A DNA stretch of 64,000 bases, taken from NCBI RefSeq assembly GCF_964194155.1, contig NC_135880.1:25854001-25918000 (forward strand). The letters are read 5' to 3'. A program made the position numbers and the translations under genes. This DNA comes from Cetorhinus maximus. Taxonomy: Eukaryota. The notes below the pieces were generated by a model. The model did no database searches, was not told the origin of the DNA, and saw only the letters and a list, made by a program, of their open reading frames with translations. Positions 36,151 to 50,077 of the stretch are shown piece after piece. The stretch's first letter is position 1, and each line of letters opens with the position of its first letter.

Positions 36151-37529
36151 TTTTAAAGTGACTTATACACCAGCATAACTGAGGGACCTTTTACCAGAAT
36201 GTCAACGCATGAAAATATTTTTCAAAGATTCACAGCATCTTCTGGTATGTATACCGATAAATATTTGTTTAGATACTGATTGTAAAAGCTTAAATCCTGT
36301 CAGGTTTCAAAAGCTTTATGCCTAAAGCTTGCTGTCACATAGAGTCCTCAACTTAGCAAAACATTCCAAAAGGTTTCACAGAGGGAGAATAGGCACCGAG
36401 CAAAAGTGGGACGGAGATTAGAAATTTTACTGGACAGGAAGAACTGCCAAGTAAAGAATGGATACGATACTTCCTTATTAACATGGTGGGCTGTAGAATT
36501 TTATAGACATTAACATCTTTCATTGCCGTTTATTGGTTCAGTCCATTATTTTCTTTCACCTTTTGCCTTCTCATTCATTTTATTATTGAATGTCGTGCCT
36601 TTCTCAACCTTCTCATGCCTTACTCTGAAAAAGCTGGCTCAATGGGCCAAATGTGCTCTACTATTCTAAGATAAAGCTCACAGTTGGTTCTCGTTGCTGC
36701 TGCTTGTAACAAAATCATACTGAATTGTCAGAAAATGTCCTCTGGTGTGGTTCCTGATGAAGTTGTAAATACAGTCAGGAAGAAGCAATTTAAAATTTCA
36801 GAAGGGCTCACTGCACTTGCTTACAGTGTTGCTGCATGAAGCAACCAGATGACCCCATCCCCCCCCCACCCCCGGGATCTGTTCACCAGGAGATCAGGCG
36901 AATCTGGAGACTGCATATCACTTCTTATCTGCAAAATTCTTTTATTGCAGTGACACCATGCACATGCCATAAGCTTATTACGGGCGCTGCAAGCAGCAGA
37001 AACTAGTATCAGCACTGTCAAAGCAATGAAAATTGATGGAGGGAATGCGTTGAGTTTCTAAACCTGTAGCCAGTGTTTATCTCAGATCTGAATGATTAAA
37101 GTTCAGTCTGTAACAGCCAATGCAAATGCTGCATTTTGACTCATTTCATTTGACATGCAGTGATTTCCCAATTTGCGTCACAGTAGACCATCATATATAA
37201 GGACTCTAGGACATTTCTCCCCCTCTAAGCTACAGGCGGAAGATGTACAGCAAAGTCAGATGCGCATATATCTCTGATCTACATAAGTTGCTAACATGTG
37301 AAGGTTTTAATCTCGATCCCCAATTCCTTTGCAGCAACAGCCAGCTCTTTAAATGCAGATCTGCTTGGATGTAACCTTTTCTATCTGCTCTGACCTTTTC
37401 CATCGAACACATTTCATTGTAACTCTGTTTGCTTTTTATAAGAGGGATTGTACCACAAATTCTGTAAACTTCAGCAGCAATACCTTTCACTTCTGGGACC
37501 TACGAGCAGAACCATCACAAACAGACAAG

Positions 37530-38005
37530 TTTTTTTTTTACTTATTCACTCATGGGATGTGGGTATTGCTAGCTAGGCCAGCATTTATTGCCCATCCCTA
37601 ATTGGTCTTGAGACCGCCTTCTTGAACCGCTGAAGCCCTTGTGGCATAAGCAAACCAACAGCGCTGTTCGGAAGAGAGTTGCAGCAGTGAAGGCTTAGGT
37701 CGAAGCTGGATGTCTGTCAGTGTTGCTTTTTTGTAGCAGTTTTGATACAACTGAAAGGCCACTTAAGAGTCAGCCACAGTCCTGTGGACCAGCTAAGGAT
37801 AGCACATTTCCTTCCCTAAAGGGACGTTAATGAACCAGGTGGGTTTTCATGTCAATGGCTTCATGGGCACCTTTACTGAGACTAGCTTTTAATTCCAGAA
37901 TTATTAATTGAATTTAAAATCTATCAACATTTGAACCCTTGTCCCCAGAGCCTGGGCCTCTGGATTACTCATCCGGTGACATTAACCTTGCCATCGCCTT
38001 CCCCT
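37530..38005 (-). mobile_element. LINE-A internal-deletion derivative (longer than SINE-A)
   Basis: tRNA-like head + leader extending to the ..GACCTAAGCC LINE 5' segment, joined to ~160 nt of LINE-A 3' end. Confidence 0.7.
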
Positions 38006-38089
38006 TAAGTTCAAAGTCTTTGCTCTGGGTGTTGCATGAAATGAATTTTGTGCCACAAGTTCAAGGCTGTGAAGTTTAGTGTCGGTGCT

Positions 38090-40260
38090 AAGGAAGCCCC
38101 AAGATCAGTAAACGACATGAGCAACACTTCTGGCCACTTCTGGTGTGCCCCTCAGGGCACTCCACACTGGAAAAGGGCGCTATCACAGGCATGCCATGCA
38201 TGCGCCGGAACAGCCAGCATGAAGTAATGTCAATCAGCAAATCCAACTGATTTGATGCACGGTTTTGAAAGTTAGAGCACGCACAGATCCAGTGAACCCC
38301 TGTGCTGATCACTGAACATATATTTCAGCTCCATAAGGGACCCCCAAGAAGTGCTACTTAAAGTGCCAGTCATCCAACTTGCAAGTGAGGTGCTTTTCAC
38401 TTACTTCTGTGATAGCAAAGTTTGTGGGTGTATTGTGGATTGTTTTTAGAGGCGATGTGGTGAGTTGGTGCATTTGAATAGGGAAGGCAGAGGATTTGGT
38501 CACCTCCACGCCAAGTCTGCAACAGCTATGTGGCAGTGGTTGCAGTGTCTCTGGCCCTGTAATGAGACAGACAAATGAAGGAGGAGGAGTAGCGGTAAGA
38601 GGAGGAAGAAGAGGAGGCAAGAAGGAGGCATCTGGGAATCCTTCACTCTAGACAAGCTGTTGGGGAGCACCTCCTCTGACTTCACTTTTCTTAGGAGATC
38701 CTCCCTTAACCTGCACTATTCTGCAACTTGCCATCCATTTGGGACACCCCACCCATCACAGTGCCTCCTGGCCAAAATCCCTCAATTAAAAACACCACCA
38801 AAATCCTTTCCATACCATCTTTCTCCAAAAGCACATTCATTTATACAACCACAAAGGAGTTATTCACCTTTGTGCATTTCCTTAATGCTTGTCTTGCGAG
38901 TGCCTTTGCCTGGTCTGGTGCTGCTATGTAGTGTTATGCAAGTGCAGATGGTTGATGGAAGGCTGCTGACTTTCACTGCAGGTGAATTTACAGAACACCC
39001 TTGAGCAGCTCCGGGCACTGAGAGGACAGTGGGCTTGTGCGCCATGGTGCTTCTGTCACTCCCTCAGGCAACATTTCAGCAATCCAATAATCTGTTGGAG
39101 GACAGATTGCTGGGCTTCTGCAATAACCTTCAAGCCCCTTTGATCACAGCCATGATGGCAGCAAGCATGGGTTTCATGACCTCCAATCTGAGGTTACCCT
39201 GCAGCACTGAGCTATTGGGTAGCTTCTAACTGTGCTGCAGTGAAAACTAAGACAGCCTTGGATCTGGACTCCTCACACTCCTTGGCAGTGACAACAATAA
39301 GCATCGCAGTGTGCTTGGTCATCAGCATTATCCCGTAGGATGCCTCATCCGAGTCCCATGTATCAAACCTGTGTGTGACCTCATATTCTGCTGTGCCGGC
39401 ACAATAACTACCCTTCTCCCTGGCCTGGCTGCAGCCCACACATGCAGATCCTCACTCTATATCAGTCTCTAAGGCACATGCAGTGCCAGTATCTAAGCTG
39501 GTGCCTACGATTGTCAGATCAAAAGACAATGCTTCATCGTCAATGCTGCAGTGTTGTTATTCTCACTCTTCTCCTCAGGCTATTGTGGCTGGGCAGGCAG
39601 CAGATCTTGCTTGTCTGAAAGCAGAAAGTTGGAAGGGGAGGGTTGGGGTGAGTAACGGGAAGTGGGTTGAAAAGCTAGAGGTCCACGGTCACACCATCAG
39701 CAGCTTGCACTTCATGCCAGGATGAGGGTGAGGTGGGATTTGAGAAGGGGCATAAGGCAGGAAGTCTCCATCAACGTTAGTGTTCTCAGTAATGCCAGAT
39801 GTAATGGGCTCTGGTGCAGCACCTGACTCGGAGCACCATCTCTCCTGTTGGGTTTACTTGATGCAGGGGTGCCTGTCCCCTCCATTATTTCTGTTCTCCT
39901 CCCTTCGATTGTGTGCCCAGCTTGTTCTGGAATGAAAAGGGAAGAGTTTCAGTGAGTATGTATGGGTGATGTGCCTGCCACAGTTGAAAGCTGGAGGTAT
40001 ATGGAAGCAGTGTGAGGTGGCTGTGAAGCACGATTGGAAGGTATGTGAGGGTGAGGTGGAGCATCTGAATATTAAGCCTGACTCCAAACTGCTGTGGTGG
40101 AGTGATGGGGTTTAGTGCATTGAGCAGAATGAGAGGTTCATGGTTTGCTGGATGTGAGATGTCCTTTGGGGATGCACTCCACAATGACTTTGACTAGCTG
40201 TGTGAGGTCATTGAAGTTCTTGCGTTACTGCTCTTGCTGCTTGAGACCAGATTCTGGAAG
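38090..40260 (-). mobile_element. PIF/Harbinger transposon remnant: intron-containing Myb/SANT-like gene (-) and possible acidic transposase C-terminus (+)
   Basis: RKNFNDLTQLVKV at ~40185-40225; next exon AHNRREENRNNGG at ~39880-39925 after a TTCCAG acceptor; GAG/GAA-rich stretch at 38575-38630 on the opposite strand. Confidence 0.55.
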
Positions 40261-41569
40261 TTGACCTCCCTGGCCACCTACTCCCATTCTCTTTGACAGG
40301 AGTTGGTTAAGGGCCTGTGGAACATAATCTCCCTCCTCCGTAACTGACACAACAACCCTTGATACTTCTGCTGAATGCAAAGTATTAATAAAATAATTAG
40401 TTTCCAAGCATTCACTTAGATAAGCACATGTGTACAAAACAGAAAGGAATGGCCTAGAATTCATAGATGGATGGTTGGACCAACAGATGGGTAGACACAC
40501 GGGAAATTGGCTTTTTTTTCGTTATAAATATGTTTTAGTACCTTTTTATCATTACTGATTCTCAGCATCTGGCAGTCTAATCTGCTGTGCCCAGTCCTTA
40601 AATGTGTCATTGTGGCTTGCAAATTGTGAATGTTCCACTTTCTATCCATTTCTCAATCATCAACCAGTAATAATTTCACTGACAGCTGTAACTAAAGACT
40701 TTTTCTTGGTTAACATTTCGTAAACTCATGTGTGTGAAAATATTGGCCTAGCAATTTTGAACACACTTTGTGTTCAGCACATAAAAATGTTGGCTGTGGT
40801 GTTTGCTAGCGCTCAAAGTGTAATTTATTTTTTATTCAATTTGCAACAGTAGTGTGACCATCATTAATCCAACAGTGTGAAAGTTGTCACTCATTACCAG
40901 CATGGAATGCATTGGCAATAGCCACCTTTAGTTACAGCCTCCATTCATGTTAAATGGAGCCAAAATAATAAAACCATCCCCTAAAATGAACAATTATGTC
41001 TTAGCATAATGTATCAGATAGTCTGGATTAATTTCAAGACAATGATTTAACTCCAGCAATCAGATTGCTTGTAATGTTACTGAAATCCCTTGATTGAATA
41101 ATTACTTCACAATTGTAACCCATGACAATCCTCCAGTGATAACCTGAAAGAGTGGACCTAAAGTAACTATTTCAAAAATTAGAGCCAGCAAAAGGCAATC
41201 AGGAATTGGGCCTTTCATGAAATTGCACATTGCAGCTCAGCTGTGTTCCCTTGTATACTAGCACTAGCTGCTATGATGTCCAACATGCAAGAAAAGTTGC
41301 TTCAAGAATGCTGTGGGATTGTTGCATTCTGTCTAGGTGACAAACTGGTCACCCATATATTTTGCACAAACACCTCCATATAACTGGCCCTGAAATTGTT
41401 GGAACTGGGCATCTTGCAACAACTGCAATGAGTTAAATATTTTTCCTGGGATTATTTTTTTTGTTGAAAATTGCTGGAAATGTTAGTTGATAACTTGCAT
41501 TTTAAGGAGGTTTCTATAGGTCTTTAAAGAGTGGGGAGGAGGTAGATGGAAAAACTTTGTCGGTAAAGA

Positions 41570-44470
41570 CATGCAACAAAAATAGAGCAGTAATAGGATA
41601 TGACTTTTATTACGCTAATATAGGCTGGGAAAAAATGCAACATGCTAAGGGCAGGGAAAGAGTGGAACTTCTTGTATGTGTTCAGGAGAACTTACTTGAT
41701 TAATATGTCGCCAATCCAACAAGAAAGGAAGCAGTGTTTCTGTCTGGTTCTGGGAAATGAAGTATGGTAAGTAGAATGTGCTATAGTCAGAGATCATCCA
41801 GCCAACAGTGATGACAATATAATGTAGTTATGAGTAATTATAGGAAAAAAACAAAAAATATCAAAGGTAAAACAGCTCGACTAAGAAGAGCTAACTTCAG
41901 TGACTTAAGAAGGGTCCAACCACAAGTGGGTTGTTAAAGGTTGGTAAAGCAGTAACAAAGCATTGGAGGACATTGAGGCCAGAGATCATTTAGGTACAAA
42001 CAAGGCATATTCCTTTGAAGGAAAGAAAGTAGACCCAACAAAGTTAATATGCGCTGGATGACAAAGAAAATAAAAGTTAAAAGAAACAGAAAAAGAAGGC
42101 TCTTGACAAATGTCAGGAGTAAGATCCAGTTCATAACCAAGGAAGCTGAAGGGATGTACAGGAGGGAATTGAAAAAGTTAATTCAGGAGGAAAAAAAAGA
42201 TTATGAGGAAAGATTAGCAGACAACATTAAATTGAATTCTAAAACATTTTCTAAATAGATAAAGCATCAGAGGTTAGCTAAGGAAAATGTTAGGCCTATT
42301 AAGGACCCAAAGGGAAATAACTATGCTGAAGCAGAGGATATGGCTAAATTATTAAATCAGAGCTCTACATCTGACTTCACAAAGAAAGCAGATGATGTGA
42401 AAGTAACACTAAAACACAAGAGTGAAGTTGTTGACAGAATAACAATAGAAAGAAAAGATGTACTAAAAAGATCATCATTACTGAAAGTTGGTAAGTCATC
42501 TGGACTGAATGGAAAGCAACCTGGGTTTCTGAAAGAAGAATCAATAGAAATAGGAGAGGCATTGGTCACAATTTTCAGTGCCTATTGGATAAAAGAGTAG
42601 AGGACTGAATGGTTGCTTATAAAGGGGAAAGGGATAAACCAGGAAATTACAGCCTACTCCACTTAACATCAATGGTGGGGAAGTTAATGGAAAGCATTAT
42701 CAGGGAGAAAATAAACTTTCATTTGGAAAGGCATAGGTTAAATCTGGAAGAGCCAACAGGGATTTATTAAACTAACTTGAATTCTTTGATGAGGTGACAC
42801 AAAAGGTTATTCAAGGGAGTGTGGTAAATGTTGTATATATGAACTTTTGAAAGACATTGGACAAAGTGTCACAGAGGAGGCTTATTATGGAAGCTGATAG
42901 AATTAAGGGAAAAAGGTGGCTTGAATGCAAAATTGGCTCTGAGACAGGAAGCAAAGAATGGTGAAAGATGGATGTTTTTCAGATTGGGAGGTGGTTTGCA
43001 ATTGTCAATTGATCCCAAAGGGTCAATTTTAGGTCTATTACTCTTTTTAATTGTTATAAATAACCTAGAGTCATGTGTAGCATTATAAAGTTTGCAGACA
43101 ATATGAAATCTGGCAAAGTAGTAGATAGTGATGAGGATAGTTAAAGGCTTCAGAATGATTAGACAGGATGGTGAAATGGGCAGAAGCATGCCAGATGTGG
43201 TTCAATGCAGAGAAGTGTGAAGTGATGTACCTTGGGAGGACTAACATAGAAAGACAATATACTATAAATGGCATGATTTTGAAAAGTGCAGATGAAAAAG
43301 AAAGACCTTGGTGTTCATGTACGCTAATCATTAAAGGTGGCAGGACAAGTTGATAAGGTGGGCCAGGGTTTTCGACTGAAAGATTTGTGGAGCAGCCAAA
43401 AGTCTATTGACATTGGGCAGGAATTTACAGTCCCGCTGCTAACTCCCACCTGTGGTTAAGAAAGCGTATGAGTTCTTTAGGTTTATAAATCGATGAATAT
43501 AATATAAGAGCAAAAATATAATGGGAGAACTTTTTAAATCACTGGTTAGGTTCAGCTGGAGTACTGCGGAGAATTCTAGGTGCCACACCTTAGAAAAGAC
43601 GGAATGGCTTTAGAAAGGGTACAGAAGAGGTTTACCAGAATGTTACCATGGATGAGGGACTTCAGTTACTTTTCTTGATTCATCCATGGAATGTGGGCAT
43701 CACTGACAAGGCCAGCATTTATTGCCCATCCCTAATTACCCTTGAGAAGGGGATGGTGAACCACCTTCTTGAACTGTCGCAGTCCACTTGCTGCCAGTAC
43801 TTCCATAATGCTGTTGGTAGGGGGGGCGGGGGGCAAGGGGGCAGGGGGGTGGAGTTCCAGGATTTTCACCCTGTGACACTGAAGGGATGGTGCGTGAAGT
43901 GAAGGAAAATGTGCATGTGGTGGTGTTCCATGCACCTCCTGCCCTTGTTCTTTTAGGCAGCAGAGGTTTTGGGTTTGGAATGTGCTGTCAGTGGAGCCTT
44001 GGCAAGTTGCTGCAGTGCGTCTTGCAAATGGCACACACTAGCTATGAAGAGAGGTTAGACAAGTTAGGATTGTGCTCTTTGGAGCAGGGAAGGTTAAGGG
44101 AGTCACCTAATAGAGATTTGCACGATGATGGGAGGTTTTGATAGACTAGCTAAAGAAAGTTATTCCCTCTGGTGAGTGGATCAATAACTAGAGGTCATAG
44201 ATTTAAAATTATTGACAAAAGATCTAGAGGAGAGACGGGGATACATTTTTTCATTTAAAAAGTAGTCAGGAGATGGAATGCTCTCTCTGAAAAGGTGGCA
44301 GAAGCTGACCCCAAAAATAATTTTGTACAGGTATTATAGAATAAGGGAATTACAGAGTTATCAACAGAAAGCAGTGTTATGAGACTAAGCATGATTGGTC
44401 TTACAAAGAGCCTGCACAGTCAGAAGGAGTGAATGGCCTCCTTCTCTACTATAAATTTCTATGATTCTGA
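41570..44470 (+). mobile_element. Long decayed CR1 ORF2 + 3'UTR
   Basis: KKDYEERLADNIKLNSKTF, GKSSGLNG, KPGNYS, WAEACQMWFNAEKCEVMYLG, SYEERLDKLGLCSLEQGRLR; tail TTCTATGATTCT. Confidence 0.9.
43668..44040 (-). mobile_element. LINE-A 3' fragment nested in CR1
   Basis: GLRQFKKVVHHPLLKGN + shared 3' tail; flanks AGTTA/AGCTA. Confidence 0.8.
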
Positions 44471-45862
44471 GAACAAGGTCAATGGAATAGCTGGGACCAT
44501 ATGAGCAGCGGGTCTAATGGTCTCCTTAACCGATGAAACTTAAGATTGAGAAAGAACAAGCACAAAGCATGATGAAGGAAGTTGGTTGAATTAGAGCCAA
44601 ATTAGCTACAGAAAGGGAAAGAGTTATTGGATCAAGTGAGAAGTAAAAGAAATAGACTGGCTAAGTAAGAAATACATTTTTTTAAAGGTTTCAAATTTTA
44701 AAAATCTATAGGATCTATTTACTGTACGTGGGAGTTAATCTCCATGTTTTCAGTTGTTCCCTTTTTGGATCTCAAAGGCTGACTTGCATTTCAAGATCAT
44801 AAATTCCCTAATGAATAGGCTTCTTACCAACATGCATCACCTGTCCTAATTGTCTATGGTGAGATTCATTCATAATCATAGCACAAATCCATTAATTTCA
44901 TGCTCTTCATTGGAATATTGTTGGTGAACTCTGGCCTGAGTGAGGCTAACAGTGAAGCAGCACAGGACATCCGGCAATTGGTGCTGATTTGCAGCTCGTG
45001 GCAAATTTCTCCCTCACCCAAAAATTGCTGGATTTTGAATGCCCTAACATGTGCTTTTAATGGCCTATTATCTTTATAACAATTTCCAGCAAGCCTTATG
45101 TCTGCACAAAGTTCCTGTCTATGAAGTCTTATTGCCTGTTGTTATTTTGTGTCACTGCCTTTTTACCATGACAAAATCCATATTTACAATGGAAATTCTA
45201 CCTATGTAGAATTCTAATTGCACCTTCCCATCAATGTATCATCTCAGAAATATATCATCCAGCTGCTCAACAAGTGCTGCAGAAAATTTCTACATTCAAC
45301 TATCTTTTCTTGTCTGCTTCTCAAAGCACCATCGGTCTTTCAAGGCACCCATGAGTAATGGTGTAAAATCAGAGTATTTTGTCAAAATAACAATGAACAG
45401 CCTTAAAATTGGAAACCATCATACTGTCCCTCCTCCTGAGTTCACTGCCTTCCTAATCTCCCTTAACTTCTCACTCCAAATAAACTCCCCAACCCATATT
45501 TATGTCCTCCCTCTTGAACTAGTCATATCATGTGGCCTTGCTACTCACATCATGGCAATCACAGATAAGCCCATCTCTGATCACTTCCCTGCGTTACTCT
45601 TCGCTCACACACCCTCTTTCCCTTCTCAGCTCTACTTCCCTCTATATCCAGCCTTGATAAAATAATTCTCCCAAATCACTTGCAACTGCACTGTCCACCT
45701 TTCGGCCCTCCGCCCACCGATCGCTCAACCTCAAGCACACTCTCGCTTCTACCTAGTCCCCTTTAAAACTATTATTCTCGATCACCCAGGCCATTCCTCC
45801 TGGTAGCGCCCTCATTTCTACTTATTTAAGTCCAAGGGATACAGACTTGAATAGCTATAGCA

Positions 45863-46335
45863 TGGGGATCGTGGTGGGCTGGTAATATCACTGCACTCGT
45901 AATCCAGAGGCCCAGGCTCTGAGGACATGGGTTCAATTCTACAAAAGCAGCTGGGGGAATTTAAATTCAGTTCATAAAAATATGGAATATAAATCTGGTC
46001 TCAGTAATAGTGACCATGAAACTATCATTGATTGTTGTAAAAACCCATCTGGTTCACTCTGAAGAAGAGTAATACGAACTCAAAACGTTAACTCTGTCTT
46101 TCTCTCCACAGATGCTGTTGGACCTGCTGAGTTTTTCCAGCATTTTCTGTTTTTGTTTCTGGTTCACTAGCTGCCTTCAGGGAAAGAAATCTGCCATTCT
46201 TATCTGGTCTGGCCTACATGTGACTCCTAACTGCTCTTTGAAATGGCCTATAAGTCACTCAGTCCCAAGGCAATTAAGGATGCACAACAAATGCTGGCCT
46301 TGCCAGCGACACCAACATCCCATAAAAGAATAAAT
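45863..46335 (+). mobile_element. SINE-A carrying a pLTR/hammerhead fragment (~46056-46160)
   Basis: Head, body and tail as at 21883; insert CTCTGAAGAAGAGTAATACGAACTCAAAACGTTAACTCTG..; TGGTTCACT is duplicated on both sides. Confidence 0.8.
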
Positions 46336-47723
46336 TTAGAAAAGAACTGGTTTTCCTCCAATACCAGTTTTAAGTGGGGCCCTTCAGCTAAATCTGCCCA
46401 AAATGCAGCGTCACGTTTCATATACTGATGGCACCCAGAGCTCAAACTCATCCCCTCACTGCCACATTTGGCTGGACTGCATAAAGTGCTAGATGGGTCC
46501 TGCTCTCCTCTGCCAAGCTGCTCACTATTTCAGGTTCATCCTAGCTTGCAATGATAGCCCTCAGCTTTTTTCCTATACTGCAAACCATCTTCTTAATCCC
46601 CTCTTCCCTATCCCCTCCACATTCACCTCCAACAACAAGTGAGAGGTTGATTGAGGTAAGATTGAAATCACTTGATCTGCTGCTGCTGCTGCTTCCCAAC
46701 CTCCCCCTTGCCCAGCAGGCCAAACTTCCTTGAGAGCGCCTCCTTGCCTTATCCCTGAACTTGCATTTTTCTTCAGTTTCCCTCGGGCAGTCTTCAAGTT
46801 CATCATGTCCGTGAGGCCTACCTTCTGTCCCCTCAATCCTGTTCCCATTAAATTGCCAACCAACCAATTCCCTTGCTTGCTTTCATGTTAGCTGATATTG
46901 TAAACGATCCACTCTCCCCTGGTACTGCCCCCTCTCTTTCAAAATTGCTATCATCACCCCCATTTAATAAAACCAACTCTTGACCTCTCCATCCTTGTAA
47001 ACTACTGCCCCATTTACAACCTCCAAAGTGTTTGTATATGTTGTTGCCTCCCAAATTGATGTTCATTTCTCCTGGAAGTCCATGTTGGAATACCTCCAAT
47101 TAAATTTCCACTTTTACCACTGTATCAAAACAACTCTCATAAAGTACACCCTATGTGACTGATACAAGTGAATATCCATCCCTCCTCGTCCTTTTTAGAC
47201 CAGTCTTCAGATTTTCATACAGTTGACTAACACCTCTCCAGCATTGCCTACTAGATGAGACTGCCCTTGCCTATTTTTATATATTTTGCCATTACCAGAG
47301 AACCACCTGCAATTATTTCTCTTCCTGCTCCTTCACCATTACCTCTGGTGATGCCCCCAAAAATCTGTCTTTGGTCCCTCCAATTTTTTTTAATTTAAAT
47401 GCTGCCGTTCAGCTACATCATCCCAAAACACAGCATCAGATTTAATATGTATCCTGCTGCCACCTAGCTCAACCTTATCACCTCCCTCAATGCCTACATT
47501 GTGTATAAACTATCAGACTGCTTGTACAACATCCAGTACTGGATGAGCAGAGATTTCCTCCACCTAAATATTGGAGAGACCAAGGATATTGTGTTCGGTC
47601 CCTGACACAAACTCTGTTCCCTAATCACCGACTACATCCCTCTATTTGGCAACTGTCTGAGGCCGAATCAGACTTCTTGCCACTTTGGTGTCAAATTTTA
47701 CCTCAAGCTGAGCTTCTGATCCA

Positions 47724-47953
47724 TGTCAGCCCTAAGGCCACTGCAATGATTTGACGTACGGGACAGGTTTCAACAAGAAACAGTTACCTTTATTACAGAG
47801 AGCTTTTCAGATGTCACATGCTTGAACCAGGTCCTCAATAAGAAGCCCTGCCTCCCGGATTACCCATGCTTAGGGCTCATTGGTCAGAGCCTCCAAGAAC
47901 AATCCCATGATACCTGATAGACAGTAGGAGAGGCTACACCTTCAGTTACTACA
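47724..47953 (-). mobile_element. Probable short solo LTR in L2
   Basis: Starts TGT and ends ACA; TTTATT (minus-strand polyA signal); interrupts L2. Confidence 0.45.
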
Positions 47954-48779
47954 GTCACCCATTTCCAACTCCATAACATCACCCAATTCCACCCTGCCTC
48001 AAATAATCTGCTGCTGAAACCCTCATCCATGCCTTAGTTACCCCTGGACTTGACTCTTCCATTGTACTGCTGGCTCATCTCCCAAAATCTGGCATCCATA
48101 AACTTCAAGTCAAGCAAAACTCTGCTGTCTGTGTCCAAGTCCCATTCACTCATCACCCCTGTGCTTGCCAACCTAGCTTGGCTCCTGGTTAAGCAACATC
48201 TCAATTTTTAAATCCTCATCCTTGTTTTTAATCCCTCGATGGCCTCACCCCACCCTATCTCTGCATTCTATTCTAGCCCTACAAACATCCAAGATATCTC
48301 TATCCTCCATTTCTGACTGCTTGCGTATCCCGATTCTAATCATTCTACTATTGGCAGCCATGCTTTTAACTGCCCAGGCCCTAAATTCTCGAATTCCCTC
48401 ATTTCACATTTCTGCCTCTCAATATCTCTCACCTCTTTTAATATAGTCCTTAAAACCTACCTCTTTGCTTCTGCCTCTGCTTCTGCTTTAGCTTTGTCAG
48501 CATCACAGACCAATATCTGTATTCTACCAGCATTAAATGGGTAGTGCTAACTAAACCAGGCATGACTTGTTGAGATGGTAGTCCTGATGATGAAAACTTT
48601 TTAAATGGAAATAATCTAAAGATGACTCTTGAGGATTTCAAGTGATGGGGCTTTGACGATTTCCTATGGCAGCCTCTCCCATTGTAGGATTGTCCTTGGG
48701 AAGAAAGATTGTTGATATACTGTCTTGGAAACAAATGGTCTTTGTAGTTTGTGTGGATGACTACCTTTTATCATTGCTG

Positions 48780-49215
48780 GAGGGCACCAGGTATTTGTTT
48801 CGATCAAGTCACACCAGTCCATTCCATATTTTATAGAATACAGTCAGTCTATTTTTCTCTCTCCTTTGCTGTATTGATTCCCATTCCAAATCTTTGAACA
48901 AGAATGTGTCACTGGTGTCTTTCCCATACTGATTCGTGCAGAACCCCGCAGAATCATGGATCGCTTCAATCTTATTTATATCTCACGCCACACAGCTTGC
49001 TCAGTATACTCCAAGACTGGACAAATAGATGCTTAGTAAGCTATAACTCTGATATTTGCGTTGTAATACCAAAGATACCACCTCAGAAATCCAAGAACCC
49101 TGTTTGCTTTGGATGTTATCTGCTGAATGTGGAATCCCCATTGAAGATTGTTTATAAGCTGAATCCCCAGATATGGTTGTGTGGCTACCTTTTGCAGAAT
49201 TTGATTGTAGAAGTT
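48780..49215 (-). mobile_element. Old LINE RT C-terminal fragment (CR1/L2-group, distinct family)
   Basis: QPYLGIQLINNLQWGFHIQQITSKANRVLGFLR..AY..PVLEY. Confidence 0.7.
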
Positions 49216-50077
49216 AAAGCTAGCTGTTGGTAGATCCTTTTTAGTCAGGCTTTTGGTCATCTATATCAATATCAGTGTCATATTTTGTTTGATGACACCC
49301 CACTCTAGCACTTTGGGATGTTTTACTAGGTTAAAGTTGCTGTATGATTGCAAGTTGTGTAAGGGAACTGAATCCTGTCTGTATGCATTCATCCAATTTA
49401 ATCTCCCACCAGGTAACCCTGCTTCACGTGAAGATTCCACTTGATCTAGACTGCAATTATGCAACCCTGTGTTAGATTGACCCATAAGTAGAAAGAACGG
49501 AAAACAAATCAACCTCCACAGCTTGTAGTCTTTGTCTAGTTTCATTATTAATATATTCTACAAAAGACGCGTGTACACGTAATGTGCACTGACATGTTAG
49601 CCTGTTTCAAGGACATCATATAGTTTTGATTTGCAATTGAAGTGCTGGTCCCAACTACAATGGTGCTTGGGAGCAATAATAACAGCCTGAAGCCTACAAG
49701 GTATAATTATTCCGTCAATGCAACAAGGAAGCCTACTTTCACTTTTAAATGACTAAATTCCTTCAAATGTATATATTTTTATCTTTGATATTGTAAAGAT
49801 TACTCCTTCAAAGAAATAATTCCTGAGATTTCAGATGATGTTGATAAACCACTGAACTGATGCTATTGCAGTCTGTGATGGCACCTGACCTTTAAGATGT
49901 GTTACATCAATGCACTCTCCAGCACTTGTTCCAAATATGCTGACAATCAGCAATATGTACAGACCCTCCTGCTGGGCGGAGATTGTTGTTGCTATCAAAG
50001 TAGAGAGACAGAGGGGGTAATTTTTCTTGGGATACTGCCCATTCAGCTGCCAAAGGTTTGGCGGAATCCTTGTTTAT

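Larger units (their letters stand above)
45400..48475 (+). mobile_element. Long decayed L2 LINE (EN-RT-3') with nested inserts
   Basis: LQINSPTH..PLELVISCGL..ISDHF (EN); C/T-rich sense strand; RT and 3' motifs (..LQVKQNSAV..; TCCTTAAAACCTACCTCTTTG). Confidence 0.8.
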
